DNA of 63,405 nucleotides, the filler included, from Sphacelaria rigidula (taxonomy: Eukaryota): NCBI GenBank assembly GCA_964200075.2. It is 4 parts of 4 records of this genome, joined end to end, with 100 filler letters (N's around TTAATTAATTAA, not from the genome) between each part and the next. Parts side by side here need not be neighbours in the genome. Positions count along the whole stretch, not along the records: positions 47,633 to 63,405 come from CAXNAA020001601.1; 3 more parts are not named here. One strand, given 5' to 3'. Below the pieces are notes generated by a model that saw only the letters and a program-made list of their open reading frames with translations, did not search any database and was not told the DNA's origin. The position numbers were made by a program, and so were the translations under genes. Numbering within the stretch: the stretch's first letter is position 1; each line of letters begins with the position of its first letter. Shown in pieces: positions 50,601 to 63,405 of the stretch.

Positions 50601-52093
50601 TCTCTCCACCCTAGTGCCGACAGTCGGATCATAACGCCACCGGGGCGCGAGATTTACAGGCCAAATGAGTTAGTTCATGATTCAGATCAGTATACTAATA
50701 ATAAATAATATTGGGGTAGCTCATGAGCTGTTCGACTTGTGCAAAACTTTGGCTCTTCCCCAATACATCCGATTCTACAGATTAGAGGTCTTCTGTGCAT
50801 TCAAAAAACAGTATACTGGTAGTCTCCTGCCGCAATAACCGACAAGCTCTGATATCAAAGGGGAGATGCTGTAGCACACAGTGACAAGTTATGTCGGCGA
50901 CTCTGGTCCCTATTTTTCAATCGCCTTTGATCAGAGTCGCTCCCTTGTTCAAAGCAGTCCGCTTTGTGTGACCTAAGCGTGACCACAAAACATTGACACC
51001 ACTAGCCATCGCTCACGACAGGGAGTTCTTCGTTTAAAATACTAGTGCCTACCTTAACTACCCCCGCAAAATAGAAGGCAACACTACAGTACAGTAACAT
51101 GAAGGCAGATGACTTTTTCTTACTCCTCTTGGATGTCGCCATGGTGCCTACATAAACAGGGCGGACCGGGTATGACTGAGGTTCAAACCCCAGTCCGACA
51201 TGGCCAAAGCACCATGAAAATTATGTTGCAGTGTCGCTGCAGTGTCACCAGCTCGGCAGGCGGCTCAACGTGAATCACTTGACACGGATGGGTTGGGTTT
51301 CCTCCTTCCGCCAAGGGAAGAAAAACAAATTAGTCCAGGGTCGGTGCGTTAGTCTCTTTTACACAGTTTCGATCATGTTCGTACAAAAATGTACGAAGTA
51401 GGTACTTCCGGCCCGAGAGTTGGGATAGGGTGGGCGTTTCTCGGGGGATGGGGTCGACCTATATGCGCTGTTAGGGTCTTCTTGGAGGGGGTGGGAAATG
51501 TCGCAGAATGAAATGATCACCGGCTCGGAACTGTTAGGGCGTACGTACCGCTATGGCGACTCAGCGAGGAATTCTCGAATAAAATTTTGTATCAACACAA
51601 CATGTACATGGTAGTCAAAATAATGCGTGCATGGAACGACGTTTGCTTGGGATACAGTGTGGGGATTCAAGCTGCATCGGGGCCGTAATGCACCACTACA
51701 GTGACAGTATCCCGACCTGGCAAGGGGACGAATTTTGCAGCACAACACACGCGGAGATGCTGTGGATTGGGGCCTGGGGTCCGAGAGACAGGGCTGCGGC
51801 ACGGAACGAGGGCTATACACGGGTTCTCCATTTATTTCTGTCATCATGTCGGCGTCCACGTTTTTCGCTTTTCTTCTTGTCTGACTGCACTCGATGAAAT
51901 GCCTTTTGCACGGGACTCTTCCATCAGACAAAATCTCTTAAACTGTCGGCCTGCTCCTACTTTTCCGAGAATTTTGAGAGCGGGTGTTGTTACCAAGGTC
52001 GCGCAAAGATCAATCGAAGGCTGACTACAGGTTGCTCCGAACGTGCCGCATCGGTTTTGTTTCCCTGCATTTTTGTTTGTGGAGTACTCGAGC

Positions 52094-53407
52094 GGGGGAG
52101 AGAGGGGTCGTATTCACTTGTTGCTTGCCTTAGTCGCTTGACCATTGACCACGCATCCCTTTCGAGACGGAGCACTGTTTCTACTCCTAATAGAGACATC
52201 TCCAACATTTAGGTGCTCATTACGTTTCTTCCATACATTACACAAAAACCTTCTACACATCTCATCCCCTTCCTGTTTCGCCGTCTATAGCCACCATTTT
52301 TCTACTAGTATAGCCATCGTTTTCTCCCTACTGTCTAATGCATCAAAAGATTTTATGCCACCTTCGTTCACCTCCCGCATTTCCCCCTCTAGCACGTCCC
52401 GTTCCTCCTTGTGCAATTCACACCCTGCCAATATATGATTTCTGCTCTCTATTGCTATGCCACAGGGACAATTCTGTGCATCTACTTCCTCCTCCTCTCG
52501 ACCACTGGCAAATCTCTTTCTTCTCTCAGGCAGGTCCAGGTCCCTCACTCGGAATCGCTGTTTCCTTTTTTTCGCCGCGTCCATTGAGCCATGCAAATAT
52601 GTTTTCATCCCTATCCCCTCTCTCAACCTCCCCCATATCTCCAGGTGTTTTTCCTCGTCCACTTTGCGTCTGAGCGCTCCTTTCCCCCATATTTCTAACT
52701 TGTCTCTTACTTTTGTCTTGTACCCCTTCACCTGTCTCCTCCCATACTTCCTCGGCATCTTTATCCCACCTTATTCCAGCCCGCCCTCTCGTACTTTTCT
52801 TGCATACAGCCTTATCAACTATGGCCGACAAAATATTTCTCTGCATGTTCTTTAAGCTTTATTACATCGCAATTTTCTCACATCTCTGTTAGTTTCAAGT
52901 GAGTACATTCCCAACTCTGACTCCAATGCTGTATCACTCGTCGTTTTCGAGCATCCAAGTAACTTCTTAGCTGCTGCCATCTGTACTGTTTCCAACTTCT
53001 CCACCAACTTCACGTTCCCCCCCATACTTCTCCTGCATATTCCAGCTATGGTAGACTCTATCAGGTCATTAATGAATACCTTAAATAGAGTGGGTGATAA
53101 GGTACACCCCCTTGTTGTGTAACTTCTCGTGAAATATCAAAATATTTCTATATTTCCCCGTCTAGTATCATAATTCATACTTCGTAGCACTTTTGGCGCA
53201 TTCTGTCATCTTCTTCACCATTCTTCGCATCTTTCCTCTGATCTCAGGTTGCCACAACTTTTTCCACAGCCCGTTTCTCAGTACTGTGCCATGAGCCTTT
53301 TGCACGTCCAGAAAGAAACAGGACGTTGTCAGCCTGGCGTCTTTCCTGCCCTGAATATTATTACCTAGTGTGTACACATGGTATACGCAACTACGATTTG
53401 GATTAAA
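52094..53407 (-). mobile_element. 5'-truncated, internally deleted second copy of the same LINE family
   Basis: Aligns by eye to ~13375-15720. Encodes FLDVQKA and the C-terminal CPC...H...C motif. Lacks ~430 bp of the RT core (junction near 53055). Confidence 0.92.
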
Positions 53408-53515
53408 TTGCGCGGGGGGTCGGGGGGGGGGGGGGGGGGGGGGATTTCACGAAAGCTCGGGAAAAACTGAAAAAAAAATGCCTCGCTGAAAAAATCCCTC
53501 AACTACTTGGTGTTA

Positions 53516-53696
53516 GGCCAACTCTTATGGGAGCGTTTAGATTTTTATGTTGCAATTTAGAATTTTAAACGACTTCTTTTTTTCTTCTTTGCCGTGGTTG
53601 TGTATTTTGTGCCCGTTCACCATGATGACAAAAAAAAAAAAATACATCTGAAATCGTTGCAAAAGAAAATTACAAACGCTCCCATAAGAGTTGGCC
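53516..53696. mobile_element. PIF/Harbinger (Tourist-like) MITE
   Basis: Perfect TIR GGCCAACTCTTATGGGAGCGTTT and a TTA TSD on both sides. Confidence 0.85.
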
Positions 53697-54847
53697 TTAG
53701 ACGGTATGATCACTAAACAATGCCCTGGTACTACACATCACTCACTATTGCCATCATCCATGCTACTCAGTGGATATCCACACCATAAAATTCGGGTACC
53801 CCCCCACCTCAGCCTCGCCCGTAACCAGCTTTTCCTACATGTGGGGGCTGTGTCTCCTTGCCTGCACTTGGTAGGGCCCTTTGCTTGAGCCGAGACTTGA
53901 TGCTACAGGAAGTTATCCCACCTAGAATCGAGAGTTTTTTTGCTTCGCATATGTACGATACAAACATACCGCCCGTCGCAGAGGCAGCACTCGTTTCATT
54001 CCTGAGCGATTACACTGAAGTTGTACGCAACCGTACGTCGTTCTCCTTCGTAGTGCTACGAAAGAGTAAAGAGTAGCATACGGGCGCTCGGATACCTGCC
54101 TATCTGTATAGAGCTTGCCGAGTTAATCATGGATGCGACACACATTGGGTAGACACTTCACGCCCTACCGCCGGTCAGCACGCTTTTCGTGCACTGTACA
54201 TATGAATCAGGAGGGTTCTTGGATACGACACGGATGACAAACAGAGAGCACAGACGGTAGCAGTAGCCTTTACCGTTTTGTCGTAGTTAATATACTATGT
54301 ACAGAGACTCGTTTGCAAAACCGACCGTATAATATTACCGACCGGCAACCACCGTGGAGTATGATACGTATGGTACAGTATCGCACCATATGAAAACAGA
54401 CTGCATTGTAGTCTAGGCAGCTTCACGAAGATACAGTCGTTACGATACAGGATATGTTTAGTACGGCATCGGATCATATGACAACAGACTGTGTTATAGT
54501 GTAGGCTACTTCACCAAGATACAGCCGCTTGATACCTGTGCGTAGCCCGCGCTACACGGGCTGGTAGCTGGAGCTCTGTACGGTTGGCACAGAGCAGGTG
54601 CAGGGGCGGGTAGTACGTTCCGCGCTGACCTAGCGAGCGACCATGAGCAGCACCCACCGTACTTCTGCTGCACCTGGCGCAATTAGTCCGCCATGGACGT
54701 CTTCAAAAACAAGAACCCTTCCGCCAACTCGCCAGCTGGTGGCCGCACTTGCATGTGCAGCTGCAAGTTCGCGACCAACTTCATCGCGCTCGGCGGCTCC
54801 AGCTACAGCCGTCGTCCTAACACAGTCACTGTTGTCTATGACTGGTG

Positions 54848-55293
54848 TATAACACGGGATTTTACAAATTATTGGGGATGGATTTTTTGTTTAGGATGAG
54901 AACCCGGAGAAATATAGTCTTCGTATCCACACCAAATCTTCGAAATATAGGTCCACTCCTTCACCTACTGGTAGCTACTGACGCCTACGACATGCCATAC
55001 AAATTTGGATCCTGAAAACCGACATGTTGGCGTCCTAGGTGAAAAAAAATGGACAATTTAGATTATCCGATCAGATCGCCGAAATTCCCCGAAATTGGTT
55101 TTACACCTAGGACCCCAACATTTCGGTCATCAAAATCCTAATTCGTATGGTGTGTAGTAGTTGTCAATAGCAACCAGTAAGTGAAGAAATGGAATATATT
55201 CGAACATATGGTGTGGATACGAAGATTTTTATTTTCCGGGTTTCTCATTCTCAAAAAAAACTCCTTTCTCACTTTGTGAAATCCCGTGTTGTG
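54848..55293. mobile_element. Foldback MITE with ~200-bp imperfect arms and a 5-bp TSD
   Basis: Arms pair throughout (aacacgggatt/aatcccgtgtt, tcttcgtatccacacca/tggtgtggatacgaaga, gtcctaggtg/cacctaggac). TGGTG on both flanks. Confidence 0.8.
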
Positions 55294-57308
55294 TGGTGTA
55301 CCGAGACGGCAAGACCGGCTTCTCGTCGAGGTACGTCACCCCGACAAGGGAGTAAAAGTGCGTCGGCGGCAGACGGTGGAGACTCACCGTGGCGAGCGAC
55401 TGCAGGAGACGCTCGAATAGGCGTTGGGTTGGCGCCGCTGGCAGGTGGTGTAGGTTCATTTGGGCCAGGGCCGGCGGAACGCGACCGAGGTGTGGTTGAG
55501 CAGGCGCTGGTGATGATCAGCAACGACTTGTTCGGTCGAGTGCCGGCGGGAGCCGGCCAGCGTTGGTTTGGGCGGGCGCAGCTAGCACGTGAGAGAGACT
55601 CACGTGAGAGAGACTCGCTCGGCCGAGCGCCGGCGGGAGGTGGCCGAGAAGGAAGTGGGCGGGCACCGGTGACAGTTGGGACGGACTCGTTCGGCCGAGC
55701 GTCCGCGGGGGGTGGCCGAGCACCGGCGGGAGGACAGGCACCCGTGACACTTGGCAGGCACTCGTGCGATCGCGGGAGCCGGCCGAAGTTAGTCTGGGCG
55801 GGCCCCGCTGGCAGGTCGAGGTGTGGGGGGGCAGGCTCCGCTGGCAGGCGGGAGAGACTCGCTCGACCGAGCGTCGGCGGAAGGCGGCCCAGAAGGGACT
55901 GGGCGGGCGCCGCTTGCAGGTGGCGGAGACTAAATTGGACGAGCGCCGACGGGATGTCGTCGAGCCACTGCTGCGCGGCGCATCCCAGGTGTAGGTGGTC
56001 AAGGCAGGCGCAGCGAAATAGCAGCTTGAAATATTCACTGCTCTATATGCCACCGCGAGGGCAACTCCGTAGTGTTCGTGATGGGAACGAGAAGGAAATT
56101 CTTGCCTTGGCAACGACAAGTGCGGGCGATGGGCTTGCAGCGGTTGCTATAAGAGTTTTCACCGTGACCTCGACGCCAAGTGCTGCCGATGCGACAAGAA
56201 CATATGCCAGTTTTGCGAATGCCAAAAGTGAGTCCGTGACCGGTAAAGTGCAATTTCCTCCCATAAAATATCGCTGATCCTTGTGATTCGGCGTCAGAGT
56301 GTTACCGTGTGAGTACATGTGTGCGATGTATCGGTGTTAGGTTTCGCCGGATTTCCGAGTGGAATAGCTCTGGGCGGCCGAAGGAGAGGACGGTGGATAC
56401 GACACAAATGAACCGAAAACTCTGAAAACGACCGTGTAGTGAACATTTCAGAATCGAAGCAAACGTTTTTTCACCGTACTCATAGATGTGCAACCTCTTG
56501 TCTGGTACCACAAAAAATATGCGGCAAATAGGTTTTCAAGTTTTTCAGCGGAATACTGATGTGGGGTGATGAAGTTTGTACGTTTTTCCACGCCATACCC
56601 CCCGAGCCCCTCCACCCACGCGCCCCCATCTTTTTCAGTTCGGGAGGTAGCATTTGGTAAGCCTGGCGTCTGTTGACATTGCAATTTTTGGACTGATGAA
56701 CGTTCTCGTGCTGCCGCACAACGTAGGGTTCTCCTAATCACCCTCGTGTAGTCGTCATTTTATGCTCTTAATCTCATCGAAAGCAGTGCTCGCTTTGTAG
56801 ATATTATGCCCCCATTCTAATAGCTTTCAAGGAAAAAGAATGGTCGATTCATGCTAGGTTGGTGGATGTGGTGCTCGATACGAGTGGGGTCAGCCTAGAA
56901 GTGGATTTGTAGTTTGTAGGCCCATTCGAAGCTTCCTATTTCACGTTGGACCTTAAAAATTGGTATGGACAATGCATAGGCTACAATCAAAAAGATCTAT
57001 GCGTGGACCCGAAGCATTTTCTCCGTGAATTAACAGCATTTTACTGAACCTGAAAACTGATTATTGTTTTCAACTACGAAAGAAAAACAAAGATTAGGGT
57101 CCATGCATGCGTTTTTGTATCATGACCTATTCGTTGTTCATGCCAAATTTGAAGGTCTAACTGAAACAATTGAGCTACGGATGGGCCGTTTAAAAACCGG
57201 GCCGATCGAAATTCGGAACAGTGTATTGCGGGCCACTTACCGATCCAGGTTTGGTTCTTAAGTGTTGGAATTTTATGTGGGACCTCGCTAGGACATGAAG
57301 CAAGAAAA

Positions 57309-57730
57309 AACAGTGGATTCTCGGAATTGGGGTTGAAACAAAAAATGATGTTCAATCCAAAAGCCGTGCTTTCCCTGACCTAAATTTACGGCAAAATAAT
57401 TTCATATGGAGGACCCCATCCCTCCCGACCTGCCAAAAACTATTTCGGGGGATTTCTAGCCTTCCGTTCCCTCAAAGGGTATGCGCGAAAGCACGATTGT
57501 CAGGCCAAAAGTTGTCTTTTTTTCACCCCGAAATCGAGGCAAAAGTGTGCTTTCGCACATACCCTTTGGGAGAACGGAAGACTAGGAACCTCCCGGAATA
57601 GTTTTAGAAAGATCGGGAGGGATGAGGCCGTCCATATGAAAGTCGTTTGTCATGAATTTAGGTCAGGGAAAGCACGGCTTTTGAGTTGAACCTCATTTTT
57701 TTTCAACCCCATTTTCGAGAATCTACTGTT
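57309..57730. mobile_element. Foldback element with ~190-bp imperfect inverted arms
   Basis: For example aaaagccgtgctttccctgacctaaatt (57359) pairs with aatttaggtcagggaaagcacggctttt (57655); short central spacer. Confidence 0.8.
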
Positions 57731-58423
57731 GAAAGTGGGTCAGTTTTGTTTTCTAGTTTTTGTTGGTCTAGGACGTTTGAGTATGGTAAAAACCGTCGTT
57801 TCCGAGAATGCCCTAACCTCCCTCTCAAAAAGAAGGTGGAGGCTTTTCTTTTTTCAGGATGTCGTTGCCCTTCTCTATGTTCTTTAAAATCACAATTCGA
57901 GAAATTGAGTTAAAAAGAACTGAGGTAAGGTCCAAGAGCAACGTTTTTTTATCCTCAACAGTCACCCAAAAAAATGATAAAAAAGATGAATTAAAAAAAT
58001 ATGTGACGCAGGAGAATGAAAAGGACCGACCAGATGCCCTTCTCGGGTTGAACGTGTGTAGAGTGCGGTGATAGTCCCCGAGACTTTCTACGCTAGTCTC
58101 CCCCTCAAAAGTGCCTGGTTTGGGGAGGCAAAATGTTCACGCGAATCGAAATGGAAAAACCGAGCACAACGAGCAGCTGGGAACTCCCACGCCTGGGTTA
58201 GTTCTTGCTGATGTTACCCATATATATATAAGCGAAACATCAGGCGCTGTGTGACCATTTTTTTCGTGACACTTCTCGGTTGTTGGTTTTTGTTTTGGGG
58301 GGGGGGGGGCTAATGTAGAAAGTTCCCCCCCTCTTTCCTTGACTCGGTGTGAATGTTTACGATACTAGTGCACGTGGGCCGAGACGACGTCGAAACGAGT
58401 GCATTCGTTAGTGTTTTTTTTAC

Positions 58424-59310
58424 ACACCGAGGATGACTCGTATGCTTGAGTGATTTATTTTGAAACAAACGACCGTGACTCGTTTCCTCAAGTCACTCTC
58501 ACCACGAGCAACGACTCGAGCACTCGAGTCATTTATTTTCCACCACGAGCAATGACTCGAGTGCTCGAGCTATTTTTGGTTTTCACCATGAGAAACGGCT
58601 CGAGTGCTTGAGTCAGTTATTTTCTTCACCACGAGAATTGACCCGTTTGCTCGAGTTATTCATTTTTTCACCACGAGCCGTAAGTCTTTTGCTCGAGTCA
58701 TTTAATTTTTCAACCAGTCATCTCACTTTTACGACCACGAGAATTTTCAACCATGAGCACTTCCTCGTATACTTGAGTCATTTACTTTTTCAATCACGAG
58801 CACAGACTACTGTGCTTGAGTTATTGTTTTTTTAACCACGAGCAATGACTCGTGTGCTCGCGCCATTCATTTTTTGAACCACGAGCGGTGACGCGTGGGC
58901 TGGAGTCATCTATGTCTTCACCACGAGTAATGACTTGACTACTCAAGCTACTAATTTGTTTGACCACGCGCACTGACTCGTGTGCTTGAGTCTAACATTT
59001 TTTCCCCACGAGCAATGACTGGAGCTATTCATTTTTTGAACCACGAGCACTGCCTCGTGTACTCGAGATTTTTTTTAATGTTCCCACGAGCAATGACTCG
59101 AGTGCTCTAGCTGTTCATTCTTTGAATCACGAGCAATGTCTAGTTTCCGCAGGTCATGAATATTTTTGAACCATGAGCGGTGACTCGTGGGCTGGAGTCA
59201 TCTCTTTCTTCACCACGAGTAATGACTCGAGTGCTCAAGCTATTCATTTGTTTCCACCACGAGCAATGGCTTGTTTGCTCGAGTAATTTGTTTTTTGCAC
59301 CACGAGCTAC
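58424..59310. repeat. Tandem array of ~20 degenerate 42-43-bp units with a palindromic core
   Basis: Consensus CACCACGAGCAATGACTCGAGTGCTCGAGTCATTTATTTTT; the core ATGACTCGAG-TG-CTCGAGTCAT is a dyad. Confidence 0.9.
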
Positions 59311-60589
59311 TTACTTAGTTTCTGTTCGTCAAGATTCTCAACCGTGAGCTTTTTAATTTACTATGCGTCGCGCAGGCCAAGGTCCGGTTCGTTGTGGAAG
59401 GCCTGCTCTCTACTGGCCCGGAAGAACGGATGACAGGCGGTGAGTCCGTCCGTCGCGCGTGCTCGTAGCATGAAGTCCCGCAATCACAGATTTCCCATGC
59501 GCACTGCCAAACGCGCACGCTGAAATTTCCCAATGTGCGAGCCAATGTACCCCAGTTTCCCGGTGTAGCCCACACGAGGTAGTCCGTATACTGTACTGCT
59601 TCACAATCATGCATCGAAAAGCGCGAAACGCACTAACTGTCAGTGTTGTCTGCGGGTTCGACCGTCATGTACTCGTCCGTGCTCGTCCCTCGCCATGTAT
59701 CAGAGCACGCCGTACGCAGTGGTATCGGCTTCAGCTAAAATGTTGCCTCGGTCGAGTCTCTACAAATAGCGCTGGCCCCGAACGTTCTTCCGCATGAGAG
59801 CGCCGGGCAGGACTTCAAGGTCGCAGGCTACGGAATAAGATCCCACGACACGGCGAACGATGGCCACACGCACACCTGTAACGGCCGGCATCGTCCCCAT
59901 CCCCACACGGGTTGTTCGAGCGGGATGTATGTCGGGCCCGATGGTCCACACGAGAATAACCGTGACGCCGACTGCGGGCGAAAGTACTCTGGTTTGTCTC
60001 AATGCCTCGAAATCAGCGGCATCAATCTTAACCCCGACGAGCAAGACAATTCCCTCCTGACTTTGCACGTCCGTACGCTGTCCAGCATGACACGAGAGGT
60101 CTTGACTGACTCTCTACGAGTCGTTCACGAGGTACGCAACGGGGCCATCGATAGGGAAACCATTACTAGGATCGTACGAAATAGTATGCACCACAGAAAG
60201 GGAGGGGCTACTACGGTCTGCGCATTTGAAGTCTGGATCCGCGGGCGGTGCTTTTGCGACTTTCCCTCGATGCGAGTGTTCGACCGCTTTGGGCGGGTCG
60301 ATGTAGCCTTGCGTGCGGTACTTGAGTAGGGAAAGACCTGGTAGGGTGCGTCGCAGTGGCGGGGGGAGATGACCGCTGGGAGGGAGTGCCTTCTATCGCT
60401 GTCGGTGTGTGCTTGCTGTGGGTGAGACGTAGTGTGGGTGGTCACGTGGTGGCCTTGATTGGGTGGACGTGGTGGTTGCCGTTCTCGGTTTGTTGTACTC
60501 TTTTTGGAAGTGTTTTCGGATTTGTCCTGATCCTTCAACGCGTCTATGAATATGCCCATTTCCCTGCATTTTACATCTTTCGATCTTGG

Positions 60590-61375
60590 TCCACCATCAG
60601 CATTCCTGTATAACCACCATTTTCAGTGAGCGCCTGGCAGATGAAAGGAAAATAACCCAAGATTCGCGCCTCGCGGGGGAAAATAATTTACCCGGTCATG
60701 TTCACATCACAACCGTCCAGAACCGCCGGCTGTCCTGCGGGGACATCGTTCATCATTCGACCCTGAGATATGAAAATATATTGGCTAGTTTTTTTCAGGT
60801 GGTAGTTGGGAACGCCGTGTCTACTTCGACCCCGGCAAATGAGCGAATGTGACCCAGTCATTTGCACATGAAACTGGTTTTTCACCATAATCAGTTGCTC
60901 AGGAGATCATTTTTGGTTCGACCCTGGCAGATGAACCGGTGTGATCCAGTGGTTACGCATGATACCCGTTCTCCATCATCAGCACTTGTCCGGGAGCTTA
61001 TTATTTCACCCTGGCAGATGAAATATTGGTAGCAAGGGACCTTACATATGACACTCGTCGTTAACCATGGGCACTCGCTCGGGGACATCATCTTTACTCA
61101 GGTCTTGGAAGGTGAAAATATGCGAGGCACAGAGTTTACACGTTACCATCGTTATCCAACACCAGCACTCGGTCGGGAGCATCTTCGTTTACTGACTCTG
61201 GCAGATGAAGAAGCATTGGCCGGTGATCTTACACATGGCACAGTGGATGTCCGCCACCATCGGTTGCTCGGGGAGATCGATTTTGGCTCGACCGTGGCAG
61301 ATGAGCCGGTGTGATCCAGTGGTTCCGCACGATACTCGTTCTCCATTTCCAACACTTGTCCGGGAGCATAACTGG
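60590..61375. repeat. Degenerate ~90-bp tandem array
   Basis: Recurrent (tcga)ccctggcagatgaa motif; 60918-61000 is very similar to 61288-61370. Confidence 0.75.
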
Positions 61376-63064
61376 GAATCCTCATCATCAACCGTCCAAC
61401 TGCACCCTCCCCTTGTACTATTAGTAACAAATGAGTACGCCCCCCCCCTGTACTATTCTGTAAATGTTTGGGAACGGATCTCCATTTTGTGTATCGCAAA
61501 GATCCGAATCAAATGGTTGTATGCGAAATTCTCGGCGAAGACAGCTGCGATACGTATGGGTTACATGGAATACATACGCCGCACCCGACCCTCCAATATA
61601 TAACACCGGGCACACGATGTTTTCGCTGTAACCTACTTTTGTTGATCCTTCTTGAGGTACCGCCGTAGGCTGGAATGTCAGATACACCTCTACCCCCCGC
61701 CGGTGGGAAAACTACAAGTTTTAGATATCTCCAAGTGAGAAAGAAGACCACACAGAGTCCAAGAAGGTGCCCACGCCAACAACAGACACGAGTAGTTCGC
61801 GACGCCAGTCAAAGGCGTGTATAACCCTCGATCAATGTTATATCAAATGCGTATCTGACACACTGGAATGGCTATTTTTCCTTCCGGTTTCATGCGGTAA
61901 GTATACTTGGCTATTAATCATACAGGAAGCTTCTCCTCACTTGTTTGCAGCTTGATTGATGCTCATTTGTTGCTCTCTCGCATGAGATTCATCACCGATA
62001 TCATGCTAAAACGGTCCTTCGTATCACTCTGAACGCTTTTTCATTGTTGATGCCGTAATCCTAAATGCCCATATGTTGTGACCACGTCAACACGCTCCGC
62101 CAAGTACTTTGCTGTTGCCCACTTACTTGCTGTATCCCTAACCCTAACCCTACTTGCTGTTCGCTTTGCTTGCCGCACTGCCTGTGCTGCAGCGATCGAC
62201 TACATTTATGCCGTGGCTACTGTACTGTACTTCCTCCGCACTACCGTGGTGCAGTGCATGCACTTTCCTATTAATATGGAAGTTTCTCTCTACCCGCATC
62301 GTAGCATCGCAACAATGCACAGCGTCTGAGCGGCCAGCGGTGATCCAAATACTACTATAATAGTCGTGTGCCAGTTACGGTACGTCGCAGTAACCTCGAA
62401 TTGGGTGGGCCCAAGGGTCAGTCAAAACCATATTTCGGGAAACGCAGGCCCAAAGATCGAGAATTATAGTTTTTGAGGGGGGGCGGGGGGCAACACCCAG
62501 CTTGCTATCTCCTAGATTATTGCCGACGCGTTGGCGGATGCGATCAGCTACCGTGTATAGAGATCCTTGGCCTGGAGACCGCCGAGATGACGGACACACC
62601 GCCCCTCCAAGCTCATCACCTATCATGATTACATTTGTGGGATCATGTTCCTTATCGCCTGCCGCCTAGACTACCTACCACGAGTCCGGGCAAATTTGGC
62701 GAAGCGTGAGATCATGTTGCTACTTTGGCCACAAGCTGTCGCTAACGTGCGCTCCAGTATCGTACGTAGACGTGTGTGAGCGTTGCCGGCATTCGAGGTC
62801 ATCGGGACAGGGCGGGCAAAAAGGAGCAGAAGCAAATACATGAGCCTCGCAAAGCCCGCCAGACTTGTCGATTTTTGTCAGTGTTTGTACATTTCAATAT
62901 CTTTCAACAATGTCAATAAAACAAGTAAAGAGCATTTTCGATAACTTGCCCTCCGGGAGGGGACGCTTTCTACGATAGCTCTCCCCCCCCCAAAGTTCAG
63001 CCTGGTCCGGCGAGAACCCGGAGTGCTCCGTCCTGACTTTGTAGGGGCGGACCCCCGATGGGAT

Positions 63065-63405
63065 TGGCGTCTGTTGGCGATGGCGCTATAAAACACGCCT
63101 CTCACTGCGGAAGCTAGGCAACCAGGTTGCCGTTGTTTTTTGCGCGCTTGCGTTTTTTTGCGGTATAACCATGATGGTGGTTGAGCTAGATCATGTTGTG
63201 CGGCGTGGGAGAACCTCAACTCCGCACGATAGGGATGATCGTACCACGTAGTGTTCAAAAGGTGAGGCACCCATGAGGCAGTGTATAAGCCGTGATTGTC
63301 TCACGAAGTGGCGATACCAGAAAATAAAGCAACTCATTGGAGGCTGTCATCTAAATGCAAGATAAATCGGTACGCTTCGGGCGGAAAAATCTTAGCAGGA
63401 TGCAG
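63065..63405. repeat. Dispersed repeat, copy 2, running off the window end
   Basis: Same anchors as 30835-31180, in the same orientation. Confidence 0.85.

Noticed and set aside
55189..56277. 362-aa ORF as a bona fide gene from its listed start
   Set aside because: It starts inside a MITE arm, is GC-rich and repetitive, has overlapping antisense ORFs and shows no recognisable domain.
58424..59310. CRISPR array (palindromic repeats at a regular period)
   Set aside because: Units are contiguous degenerate copies with no unique spacers, there are no cas genes, and the context is eukaryotic.

Overview
Eukaryotic, intron-rich and repeat-rich DNA. The style (GT-AG introns, mostly CAG acceptors, TTAGGG repeats) suggests a brown alga or other stramenopile, which is an inference. 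Three 100-nt scaffold gaps each contain an artificial TTAATTAATTAA spacer. Most ORFs in the track are spurious, so genes were rebuilt by hand from splice sites and codon phase. (1) A + strand stand-alone Pol I-type 5'-3' exonuclease/FEN gene has six well-supported exons at 21659-31535 and three tentative 5' exons from 17073. (2) A - strand 8-exon gene at 46590-37115 encodes a ~267-aa signal-peptide, Cys-containing protein of unknown family. (3) A - strand multi-exon locus at ~8721-533 has good splice sites but in-frame stops in its middle exons. (4) An orphan mitochondrial-carrier exon lies at ~33231-33337. The rest is mobile DNA: two decayed copies of an APE-RT LINE ending in C-rich rather than A tails, a short element sharing that 3' end, a tRNA-derived SINE family, several MITEs and foldbacks (some with clear TSDs), long hairpins and palindromic tandem arrays. 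No CRISPR array, rRNA or intact tRNA gene was found, and no clearly new biological system is proven; the findings are leads.
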